Positions 14,121-25,657 of a stretch of 64,000 bases of DNA are shown here, in pieces. Positions within the stretch are counted from its first letter, which is position 1, and every line of letters starts with the position of its first letter. Where the stretch lies: contig OZ320320.1 of assembly GCA_976226885.1 (NCBI GenBank), positions 35,836,001 through 35,900,000 on the forward strand, written 5' to 3'. Source of the DNA: Iphione sp. A-MEVVRFRX5. Lineage: Eukaryota. The notes beneath the pieces were generated by a model. That model saw nothing but the letters and a program-made list of their open reading frames with translations. It was not told the origin of the DNA and ran no database searches. Both the position numbers and the translations under genes were made by a program.

Positions 14121-15646
14121 ATCGACTTTATATGGTAACATGCGTACACATTTTTTCTCCAGCCTATAGTTAATTTTATGAGCATTGACATGTACATGTA
14201 TATGATACATTCAACCATTTTTTGTACCAGATGTTTTCTCCAAGATGGTCTTTATTTTAGTAAAAATCATAGTTCAATTTGATATTTTAAATTATTTTTG
14301 CTATTGCTGTGTCCATGAGGTATCAGGAGTCTATACTAATCTTTTTTAGCATTATACAGTAATTTCTTCCTGTAGTTTTTAATAGTCTCAGAGAATACCA
14401 CTGGTACAAACAATGGTGGAATGTATCATATGTATTTGTCTATGTCCATGGATATGTATACGAAGATGACAAATTAGTCAGGGACGGATTATCCATGGCC
14501 ACTGATGCATAGTTCATAGAAAGCAATGCTGGAGAACCATCTGTTTAACATGTTCTTAATTAAAATAGATGCCGCAGGAGGTAATCCACATCTCTATACA
14601 TGTAGATGTTTTTTCACCCAGAAGTCTTATGGCCACATGTGATAAGGGCCTTAAGCCAGTAGTACACAACCACGTACATGTATGCATATTTCTGAATGAA
14701 GAAAGTGTGTATGGGATGAAGGCAAATACTTAGTTGGCCTTGTAGCCTCGTTTGAGATCAAATTGAGAATTGACCTTGTACTTGCCCTTATCCCATCATA
14801 CTAAACCAATTTTCTCATAGTATTGTACCTTTAGAGAACTATGTTGGGTGTGCGACAAAACATATTTTAGAGAAAATGTATCCTAACACTTTTCTAAGAA
14901 ATTGCTTTAAATTAAATGGTTAATTTTTAATTAAATGATGATGCTACCCTATTGGATCGGGTGTGAGCAAATGAAAAACGAAGAAATAGAAGAGAGGACA
15001 AGAAAGAAATAGGAGCAAAATAAGAAAAGGCAAAAAATATGGAAGTAATCTCAGTAGGGAGGGTGTTAGAAGGTGAGGGTTAAGTTATCAGGTACACAGA
15101 CTAGTAACAGCAAATGGGTGCATAGCATGTGTCTGTGGGCAGAATGTTGCCTTAAGAAACATTGTACAATGACAGTTCTAAAAGAGTGGAAAAACATTAT
15201 ATTCTTGATCAAGCCACTTCTCGAAAGCTGTGATAGGTATGAGTAACACTTATGCCTAAGTGTAGATAATGTATTAACGATTCTTTTTGCAAACTTTGAA
15301 TAGCTTCTGTTGAGAATCGATACAATTGTGGCTTCTAAAAAAGGTCGTGCACCTGCCAACTTGTCGGTGGGATGCTGAGACTTCCTTCTCAGTAACACTT
15401 GTACACCATTAGAAGATCCATGTCTATTCATGAGACGATGAGTCAGCTGGTATCAGCCTTAGGGTTTGGACTTCTACTCAGAATCTTGACCCAAAAAGTC
15501 AAATCCTGCTTGAGTTCAAAAGATTTGCTGCAAATATCTATTTTCAATTTGAACACAACAGGTGACAGTTTCTTCAAGATGCTTCAATGCGAAACAATGT
15601 TTAGCACAGAGTGCCGAGGGAATTTTTTGACTAAACATGCAATGTA

Positions 15647-15817
15647 CAGTGAAGTCTTAATTTACGATCAGTGGTCTGGTCCAGCCCCAAATGGTTGTAA
15701 TGGAAAGAATGGTCGGAAGTCAGTAATTGCTAATTATAGAAAACAATACTTTAGTTCCCACCTTACCTGGTCGGAATAGCAAGAATGGTCGGAAATCAAT
15801 GTGGTCAGACTCCACTG
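15647..15817. mobile_element. Tc1/mariner-type MITE (CAGTG termini, TA TSD)
   Basis: TA|CAGTGAAGTCT ... AGACTCCACTG|TA. Internal sequence is shared with the copies at 25469-25657, 29098-29667 and 34974-35152. Confidence 0.8.
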
Positions 15818-16015
15818 TATCTGAAGTCTCTGAACTCTCAGTTAAACTGTAATATACTGCAGTGCAAGGTCCCCTTGCGGATATGTCTGGGATGCGGATG
15901 CTTCCCAAATGTGGACGATTTGAAAAAGAACTGAAATTTTCCTATACATAACCATTATACTAACACGTCTACAATGTGGATGGCAAATTTGGTCGTGTCC
16001 CCCTATAGACACTGT

Positions 16016-16360
16016 TGTCGTGCAAATTTTATGTGGCAGAGAGGCTTGTTTCTAATGGTTATACTTGAATAAACCTGCATGGATGAGGTGTTGTCGCATG
16101 AATTTGGGGCTGCAGAGAGGCCTCAGAAGTCATTTTCAAAGGTAGACATGAATAAACCCATGTGAAGGAACTTTTGCACCTGAATTTGGAGCTGCCAAGA
16201 GGCCTCAGAAATCATTTTCAAAGGTAGACACAAATAAACATTTTGGACTTTTACTGGTGAAATTCAGTACTTATTGGACTTTTACTGTAAATTTTGGACT
16301 TTTGCTAGTGAAATTCAGTACTTTTAGGACTTTTACTGGTCAAACTCAGTTCTTATAGGA
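16016..16360. repeat. Minisatellites: about 82 bp x3, then about 32 bp x3-4
   Basis: GAGGCCTCAGAA.TCATTTTCAAAGGTAGACA..AATAAAC repeated, followed by repeated GGACTTTTACTGGTGAAATTCAGTACT units. Confidence 0.75.
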
Positions 16361-16374
16361 CATACACTTTACAA

Positions 16375-16378
<4 letters not shown>

Positions 16379-16414
<36 letters not shown>
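16379..16414. repeat. (AG)n microsatellite
   Basis: Pure AG run of about 18 units. Confidence 0.97.
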
Positions 16415-16417
<3 letters not shown>

Positions 16418-18419
16418 TTACATTTCCAAGTTTGACCCCCATTCTATATTCTACTAACAGATCTACAAAGCAGCTACGTTTGGAATGCAGGCAATTTGAG
16501 GCAGAACCGAGGGTGTCTGGAATTGGGCCATTTGACTGTAATTTTGGCTGATATTGTTACAGTCAGCCCACTACTGTAAAGAACCCAAGATGTCCACAAC
16601 ATAATCCAAGTAAATGAAAAATGCTTCATTGCAGGAAGTTTTCATGGCCATTATCTTAGGGTTCAGTCCAGCTTGCAAAGAGCAATAAAGGGTTCGTAAT
16701 GAAGAGAGACTACAAGCAGGCCATATTAGGAATATATCTGTTCATTATTTTCATGGATACAAAAGGCCCTGATATCGTAGGGCCTCTCGGCACATCTATT
16801 ACAGGATTAGGCAGCTTTATGCACAAATCCTTGCTGTTATATATGTCCCATTCAAACGCTATTGAAGCAAGCTGAAGGGGGAAAACAAAGTAAAATATGG
16901 CTTCGCACCTCTATCTTCCTGGTAAAGAAATACCACCCCCTTTCGGTTCCCTTGGTCACATGAAAGCCATTTCCGATGGTGTATGGAGAGGCACCAGGAA
17001 ATAAGAACAAAGTTTAGAAAGGTCAAATATACAGTGCACTGGACCTTTGGGTGAGTTTATTTTGCAATAGAATTATTGCATGCTATAAGCTTGAGTAAAT
17101 TGACCTTCAATGTCTACAAATATTTTGATTTTAGATCGCACACATACAAATGTTGATCACTGCCAAAGATGATTGTAATGTCCGCCAATACCCACATAAC
17201 CAACGAGGTTGTCAGTTGGTGAGAGGCGACTGTGTCGCCATATCCAAAATATTCTTTTCTTTCGACAAAGTCTTACTAAAGAGTCTAAGTCATTGTGTCT
17301 CTTGAAACAGTAGCTTTTTCATTTACACATACACTGTGTATACAATGCATGCCATGGTTATGTCAATAAAGAGTTATTGTCCTGTATACGTAATTCGGGC
17401 ATAACGTAACGTCACAATCTTCTGGAATGGAACGTATCTATTCCATACAAGTGTTAGACTGACATCACATATCTACTAAAATAACTGGTACCAATTCAAT
17501 CAATCTGCCAGAGGAACCATTTTCTACTCAACGTGCACACGTCAAAATCAGCGCGTGGCTCCTAATCCTATCTTTCAAGTTTTTTTCAGCAGAATTATCT
17601 TTGTAAAAACTAATGGGTTCCTGATGTCCTGATTATTTTAGCATAATAAGATAATTCCTTCCTGTAGTTTTCAATAGTCTCGGCGATTACAGCTGGTACA
17701 TTTTTTGGCGGAATGAGTCTGGTACACAAAAATTAGACCCAAATGTAGGGCTAGCACCTGCATTAAAGTTTGTAAAATCTAGCACCCTGTTCTCCTACAC
17801 CAACATCTGTATTTAAATATCTGCCTCCACCTCATGAAGATATTCCAACAAAGGTTGCTTCTTTTACCTTCATTCTTTCCATCCTGCAATTAATGACCAT
17901 GCATATTTAACTAGGCATGCTTACTTATGCTCCACGTGGTATCAGTAACCCTTCAGCTCTTTCCTCTGCCATCAGCTATATCCACGGCCATCCACCGTAT
18001 GTAAACTCCCATCTGATCCGTACCCATTACTCTCCACTTTCTTTCCAGGGCGCTCTATTTACTCACCAATACCAGAGCAATCAAGGATCAATCACCTCTT
18101 CAACCCCTCACATCCGTCCTCCTGATTTATTTATCATCCCTAGCATCCTGACCTCTTTTCTCCTTCTTTCATTCGCCCATCTGCAGCGTTTCTCTTTTAA
18201 CGGCAGCTCCTGCACCTGTATATATATATGTATATATATATATCTGTTCTAGGCCCAAACTACATGATACCTGACACCCCCAACCGCCTATGTTCATAAC
18301 ACCTACCTGGTTCCTACCTGCTTCTCCCCCCTCCCCCCTCTTCAAAAAACAGCTGCCGCATGTCGGAATTAGTCTGTAGTCACAACAGCCCGCCAGCTGG
18401 CAACACTTCCATGTCACTG

Positions 18420-18592
18420 GTCATGTGACTTTATACGTCGGTGGTTTGGTCGCACAGGAGCGGTCAAAAGGTTGTCATCTTTGCTTGTCCGTCGCCGTCG
18501 AGCTGCGTAGGAAACACGAATGACGTCAGAAGTGCCCCGCCCGCCTGCCCACCCTCCCTCATGGGACCGGAGGGACAACCGATTGGCGATTT
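18420..18592. promoter_or_regulatory. GC-rich promoter-like island
   Basis: GTCATGTGAC E-box (18420-18429), perfect CRE TGACGTCA (18521-18528), GC box CCCCGCCC, and inverted CCAAT (GATTGG) in a CpG-rich patch. The gene it serves was not identified. Confidence 0.45.
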
Positions 18593-19859
18593 GTTTTTGC
18601 AGGAGTTATAAAGTTTTCTTGCGAAAAAACCCACACCCTATAGAGTCACCTTTTCGACGATATTTATATCTGCAAAGTGAAAGATGTATATTCAAACAAT
18701 CAGGTTTGTTGAGGAATGTAACAGAATACGGTAGCAATTGAAAGTTTTCTCATCCTCCACACACTGAAAAAATGAACTTGTCCTGGCATTGTCTGTGGTT
18801 TGTCTGTATGACAATTTTTAGGGTTGTCATTGAGTTTTTGACAATCTAAATGATGAATGACAATGGTATAGTCAAACTGACAATATTGTCTTGTCATAAA
18901 CATGTCACACACTTGTCAAATCGTCCTTTAAGGTCTCACTTCAACAGTTATTTTAAAAGCAATGTGACAGAATCTAAAAGCACATTATTTCAGGGAAATC
19001 AATAAATATACAACCATGAAATATATAAGTATTATTTGTAGAATTACTTAACTTTCTATTAAGGTATTCATGAGATCAGTGAAAGAAAGAAAAACATGTC
19101 ATTCAAAATTCAATTACAGCATACCTTGAAAAACAGTTATGCAGTTAGGAGCAACTTGTCTGAGGTGAGTGAACATATTAACTCATTACATACCTTTAAA
19201 ATGGTCCTAGAAAGAAGTGCTTTATACCAAAATGAAGCTAAGAACCTCCTTTACACTGCTGTTGCATTGGTTTTGCTCTTACATGATGTTTAGGGCCCTA
19301 GATTTATGAAAACGTGCGATCACGATACATCGCGATGTACAGAATAGCTACTCATATCAATTTTGGTGGATAAACAAGCACCTTCAGCACCTGTACTGGT
19401 TGGATACAGGGGGTGTGTAGCTTGGGGAGGGGGGGGGTGGTGTCAGAGGGGATGGGGAAGGGGGTCAAAGTACAGACCTATCTGGCCTTTTACACCCACA
19501 GTGTAGGGATACTCCTAATTGAAAAAGGTAGTTCACATGAACACATGCTTTTGAGTGAATTTTCTTTTCCTTTGTCTTTTCATCAAGAAAACATATGCCT
19601 CTGTATATGATTTGAAGAGATATCAGCATAAACAAATGAAAGTATGGAAATTAGGTGACTGAGAAAATATCTCATAGCAATGAGAAGTCCTCCCCATGGC
19701 CGTACTACTTTCAGGCAACGTTTTATATAGGTAGTGTAACTAATGTATGTAACCATATCAGGTACAGGTCAAAGGTCATAGTGGCCTTATATGGACTGAG
19801 TATTTCTGGCTTGCCTTGTACTAGGCCTACAAAAATCTTTGGGCATATTTAATATGATG

Positions 19860-20760
19860 TCTGAATTGAATGAAAACTTTTCCCCTTGTTTGGCGGTGGG
19901 AGAAGGCCCTCATTAGCTAAGGCTCGATAGAGCGCTTTCCAACTGTCTGATTGGCCTTGTCTATCATATAATACATATCGAACATCCACTCATTGATGGG
20001 TATATACTGAATGGGGGCTCTTGAGTTTCTAATGATGCGGCTAGGGCTATATTCTATGTTATTATTGCTACTTTCTTGACTCAGGGATGTATTCTAGTGA
20101 TTCTTGTTTGGCCACTGATCTTGGTGCTTGGTCCATGGGTTGATCTTCCTCATCATCTGCTATCTCTCAATTTTCCCTCTCACTTTTGTCTGAGGTTAGC
20201 TTAGGGTCTTCTGTTTGGTTGCTTATAGAAGGGATTACTACACATTCTTCTGGCTGGGTTGTCAGGGTGTTTGGTATAGGTTCAGGGGACTTCACTTCAT
20301 TTGTCTGTCATGTAGTGGGTTGACCAGATTCACTATCTTCACTTGAGGTACTTGATAGGCTTGAACTACTGGAAGACTCAGTTACTTGTTGGGTCTTCGC
20401 CGTTGTGGCATTTGCTAAATGTTGGAACAGCTACTGTTTTGCTACATGTAGGAGTAGGTGGGTGTGTCGGGATGCCTTGCGGACAGTTGGGTCATCTTGT
20501 GGTGGTTCAATTTCAATCAACCTTCTCTTGGTTGCCCTGGACTCGGTGGTAATAGCAGTGGCCCTTGATGTTGATGGTGTTGGTCCACTCTGGGGTCTTG
20601 TTGGGTGTCCCTGATTGCACCCACCAGTCCCTCCAACTGGACCTGTCAGCTTGAAGAAGGATGGTGGTCTTGTATAATATTTGTACGAGATAATTTTCAG
20701 GGGTCAGGGTGGGGCCCTCCCTCTTAGGTTTGTCTTTGTGCTTCTTGGTTGGTAACATTG
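19860..20760 (-). pseudogene. Decayed cargo ORF: S/T/P/E-rich region plus conserved C-terminal block, unknown family
   Basis: Long frame with scattered stops (GHPTRPQSGPTPSTSRAT...SSSSSSLSSTSSEDSES...), then after a frameshift SPSRIIRNSRAPIQYIPINEWMFDMYYMIDKANQTVG, which aligns with the ORF at 32147-32440. Confidence 0.55.
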
Positions 20761-21178
20761 GTACTAAGGTTCAGGGTAAAATTGGTAAAATTGCTTGGTG
20801 TACCCTTCGTTGGTGTTTAAGCAAAACATCAGAGCAACAATAGTATTTCTTACATATATTACAACGATACCAAGTTGTTGATGATACCAAGTTGTTGCCT
20901 GCCAATCCCTTTTTATGAGTTGGTATCCTGCTATGGTAAGTCTTTATGTTTATTCTTTATCATAGTTAGAGTTATAGTTAGTTATTATGTGTTACTTGTT
21001 TGTTGTTACTTGTTTAATATCATTATGATTTATTACTATTTCCACTATCATTACAACCATTACTCATCTGTGTGGGATCTGTTTTGGCACTTGCTTCATG
21101 GGATAGTGACATGGCCTGTAACACATCTTTGTGGGCTGTTGTCAGACTATATGTCTTTGTTTGGTTTGAGTCTCTTCA

Positions 21179-21631
21179 CTATATCCTGGAGCAGGTGTGT
21201 GTCCTCTGATAGTTGAGCTTCAGCCATCGTGGTGCTTTGACCAACGTGCTGCAGAGGTAATGGCTTACCGGTTGAATTTTGTATGCGCCGACACTCTTAT
21301 ACCAACTGCAGTGCCCCCTGGTATGATACTTGCTAACTGAGCCAGCTCGCCACCTATCCCCAGCATCATTGTTGTCCTGGTCATGTTTGACACTGGGCTG
21401 ATCTGTTGACCATTGGACAACCGTTGGCATGGTGGGAACCATGTTGGTGGCCAACTCCATTGCTTGCCTGGTCACCACATTTGATTTGGGCTTCTGCTTG
21501 TGGTTGGCTTGTTTCTTGGACTCCATATTGTCCAGCCTTGCTTCGAGAGATTTCTTGCATTGTGTAAACTCAGTTAGAATTGCCTTTATATTGGCCTCTT
21601 CTCTATCTTTCTCTGACATTGTGTAGCTCAA
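21179..21631 (-). CDS. Cargo ORF in the CACTG element with a predicted coiled-coil-like N-terminus; function unknown
   Basis: MSEKDREEANIKAILTEFTQCKKSLEARLDNMESKKQ. It is preceded by a TATA-like CATATAG (21690-21684) and an Inr TTCAGTT (A at 21660) at about -28 spacing. Confidence 0.4.
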   Translation of the reverse strand: MSYTMSEKDREEANIKAILTEFTQCKKSLEARLDNMESKKQANHKQKPKSNVVTRQAMELATNMVPTMPTVVQWSTDQPSVKHDQDNNDAGDRWRAGSVSKYHTRGHCSWYKSVGAYKIQPVSHYLCSTLVKAPRWLKLNYQRTHTCSRI

Positions 21632-24600
21632 GTGAATAGGTCAATGGCTGCAGTTCAACTGAAAACACGCAGGCCTGAGAGGACTATATGTATTGTGGCC
21701 CCCTGGTGTCAAAAGAGATAACTAGCTACTGCCATTGACGGTACCCACCAGATTGGTGACATCAACTAACCATAGAAGCTATCACTACATACATTAGCAG
21801 GACACATAGGCTGTAGCCAAATTGGTGGGTGCAGATGACTTCTAGAAATACTGATTCCCCAAAGTACCCTGCACTCTTGTAGCACAAATACTTAGTGTCT
21901 GGGCACTCAACTTTTTTTATTCTGAGATGTCATCTGGTATTGGTAAGTCTTTCTTTATGTTTGACTTTATTATAAATGTTATTTTTACTTTTGTTACTGG
22001 TACTAGTTTGATATCAATTTATTCTATTATTATTTCCATGGTCATTGTAATCATCAGTTGTCTTTTGGGACCAACTTCATAGGTGATGCTGACATGGCCT
22101 GCATCACCATGTGTGCAATCCTCTATAGACCAGTATCAACTGCTGGATGGTTGTCAGACTATTTGCATTTGTTACTGATCTAGCAGGTTGTTCTTGATGT
22201 GGTAGTTTGGTCTTGGGTAATAAAGGTGCAAATGTGACTGTTGTTGATACCAACAGATTTAGGACTGAAAAAGGGCAAAGAATTTACCTCTTCTGGATTT
22301 CTTTCTCATATTTACACATTTTGACAATTTCTTTTGTATCTCAATGTCTTCCAAACCATGTTTTCAAGTGCTTCATCCAAATGATGTCAATAAAAGTGTG
22401 AAACATCACTCAGTAATAGTTTTTGACTAAGTCAGTGATGAGCCATTCTCCCATTAGGGTCTATCTGGTTACTAACTAGGGTTACTGATAGCTCTATAAC
22501 AGTTATTCAATAAAAACATTTCAGTGACAATGCTAAACTTGTCCATTATATGTGATCACTTTGACATAACACCTTGTCCTTAGAGACAACTCTGTGACAA
22601 GTCCTTTTTTATTGTGACAAGGGTAAAGTAATTACTTAGACAAGTTCATGACAACCTATTAGTCATAAACTTTCAATGACAATGCTAAACTTGTACATTG
22701 TATGACCGTCAATATAACAATGCAAAACTTGTCACTAGAGACAACCTTATGACTAGTTTAGTTTATCATTATGACAATACTACAGTAGTCATATCATCAA
22801 GTCTTTGACAACCCCGCTTGTCACAAACTTTGAGTGACAATGCTAAACTTGTACATTGTATGACCGTCAAGAGGACAAGGCAAAACTTGTTACCAGAGAC
22901 AAGGCCAGGACAAGTTTATTTTTTCAGTGCAGCAATGAATGGTTTCATAACCCGTCAGTTTGAAATCCGCCAGTTTTCGAAATGCTTTCGTTGGTAATTT
23001 AGTCTCCCCATGGGTACATTTGCAGCATCAAATGCTGTTTCCATGGCTTCGTATTAATTTGACTTTAAAGTCGCCATTTATAAGCCAAAATATTTACTAA
23101 GCTACATGGGTGTTGAAATAATTACCGATGTGTCATTCATGTTATAAAACAAAAGCCTATCGTTGAACATTTCTCACAAATCGAAGGCACATTCAAGGCA
23201 TGCAGTCTGGATTTCTGGAGTAGTATGTAGAAAAACGACCGGCTTTTCATCTGTAAACAAAACATGAACGACGGTGAGAACATATGCACACGTAACCGGG
23301 CTATCCTTTCTCATGGCCGCATTACTTCAGATAAATATCTTTCGGAAACGGCCCACATTTCGGTCAAAGAGAATTAAGAAATGATTAAACTTCCTTTAAG
23401 CCACAGATGTATACCTACGGTCTATTCAAGGTTGTGACATTCATATTCACCACCATCTGTCCATTTCTTTCGTATTCCAAACCACGCGTGTTTATACAAT
23501 TTTCAACCATTCTGCTTATTTCCTTCCAGCCCATCAGAAACCATCAGTTCATCGAACTGAATGAGTTCTGAAAGGATATGCTAATGCCGAAATGAGATAG
23601 TTAACGATATTATGCGAAATTTATCGGTACAATAATGATTCTTACACGAAAGTCTATGCAGATTGGATAAAACTCTGTTCGAGGGTGTGATTTAAGAAAG
23701 AATTCCAGGACACTAGGGACAGAACAGGAGGGGGCATCACGTGCAGGTTTGGAGGAGCTCCTCCTCGAGTTCAAAAATGAATAAGGAAGTTAAATTCAGT
23801 TAGATTGAACAATTTTATTCCGATAAAGGAAAATGTAACGGACGCAGCTGTTACTGCCATTTACGGTTGGAAGCCTTGTAACTACCTGATCTGTACAATA
23901 ATAAATTCACATATTAATAAGAATATATTTTTATGGAAATTCGACAAAATGGGAGACAAAATCACAGATGGCTTTGCGTTCAGCCTCTCCCAAATCTGCA
24001 TAGCTATGCTTTGTATGAGTAATACTGTACATAGCGTTTTGCTCTAAGAATGCATGCTTTCAGGAGTGCTCCATCATCTGGATGTTCACACAGAAATGAG
24101 GTTCCAGATACATGAGATTTACGTATCTAGGTTTTTTTTAAAGGTTTTCCTGTTCTTTGATCCACATCCGTCGTTTTTACATATAAGATGGAATGCTCTT
24201 TGGTCTAACTCCAGATGGAGCATGGAATAACTCAATAGTCATATCAGATGCAATGATGACCTGTATCAAATGCTGGAGCAACACTCAACCAGCACAATGT
24301 CTAGATGTTTCCATGACGGTGGGTTGCTATTAACCGATTTTGAAAGCCATGAGTTCGTAACGGGGATGAAGTCACACCTTATCCAACTTAGTGCCTTACC
24401 AATGTGGGATCTGAACTACCCATTTCTTCCAGCCACCGACCTCCTATCATCAAATGCATCATATTCATATAGTTTCTAAGGTTTTCCATAGATCCTATTT
24501 CGCGTTGATATAACTAGATAGTTGTGCAAAAGTGGCCTGGGTAACATCGTTTCATTTAGTCCAGTCAACATTAGGATGGTCTACATCAATAATGGTAGGA

Positions 24601-25468
24601 GTTGGTGAATTCATCCAGGTACACGTCAGTCATGGTTTGAGTCATCTTGTGTCCACCGCAAAACTTCAGTGGTAGAAGACAACGGCATAAGACCCACTAT
24701 GTCCTGACACGATACAGTCTGTTTGCATCGTTGAGACAAATAGAAAGTGATCAAGGGTATTTTTAGCACTAGTCTAGATGGACTGGTTCAAAATGAGCCA
24801 AAATGGTGATATCAGGAAGTAGGAAGCAACCCAAACCAATATAACAAAAGGAGTGTTGTGCCCTGTCCGGCATGAGATGCTCCAGCAAGGCTGATCTGGT
24901 ATTCCATGATCCAATACTCTGGTATGTGCTCCAGCACTCCGATGTCCAGCTTCTGGATAGAGTTTCATGGATCAACTTTTCATTTTGCTGGATTGTGAAA
25001 ACATTGCAAATTATTGTGTCTTCATTATGACAGCGATTAGGACACTGATTCTATGCAAGTCAGAGCTTTTGTTGAATAAACAGATGCCCATATACCTTAA
25101 TGTTGTGTACTTGAAGGGAATAAGATATTTCCATGTCAAAATTCTTCATTCATGTAACAGACATACCCTTGACATACTCCCCTCCGGGCCAACGTTACAT
25201 TCTCAAAGTATATGCCTAACTCTAGTTTTATCTCTGTCTCTTACTTTGCTACGAATCTGTATATAAAAATGATAATAATATGCATGAGTATAATATAAAA
25301 TACAATTATGTAATTATAAAAGAGATAATATGTACTTTTTTCCGGATTTCTTCTAATACAGAATATTATCATTTGTCAATGGCAGAAGCATCTATGAAGG
25401 TAAAGGTCTTCTCTCTATTCCCGTTTTCTGCTAGTTACAAAGTTGAAAATGTGAAAAAGGGACATATA

Positions 25469-25657
25469 GTTGAAGCCCTATTTGCGACCACCCCAATTGC
25501 ATGCTATAAGAATAACCATTCTTGTTAATACGACCACTTAACCTGGGAATCAAAGTTTTGATATCCTATATGAGCAATTACCCATTTGCGACCAAATTTA
25601 CCAATACAACCATTTTTGCTGGGACCTAAGGCGTGGTCGCAAATAGAGATTTTACTG
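25469..25657. mobile_element. Tc1/mariner-type MITE, same family as 15647 (reverse orientation)
   Basis: GTTGAAGCCCTATTTGCGACCA ... TGGTCGCAAATAGAGATTTTACTG|TA inverted ends. Confidence 0.7.

Larger units (their letters stand above)
18762..22929. mobile_element. Non-autonomous CACTG-terminus (CMC/EnSpm-like) DNA transposon, 4168 bp
   Basis: 38-nt TIRs CACTGAAAAAAT(G/A)AACTTGTCCTGGC(A/C)TTGTCT(G/C)TGGT with 3 mismatches. 2-bp TSD CA on both sides. Dense GACAA/TTGTC subterminal repeats at 18780-18920 and 22520-22910. No transposase motif seen. Confidence 0.85.

Noticed and set aside
19885-19920. Hammerhead-like CUAAUGA-GGC..GCC-AAAC on the minus strand
   Set aside because: The core has mismatches (CUAA, missing G of GAAA), there is no NUH or stem III, and it lies within the cargo ORF frame.
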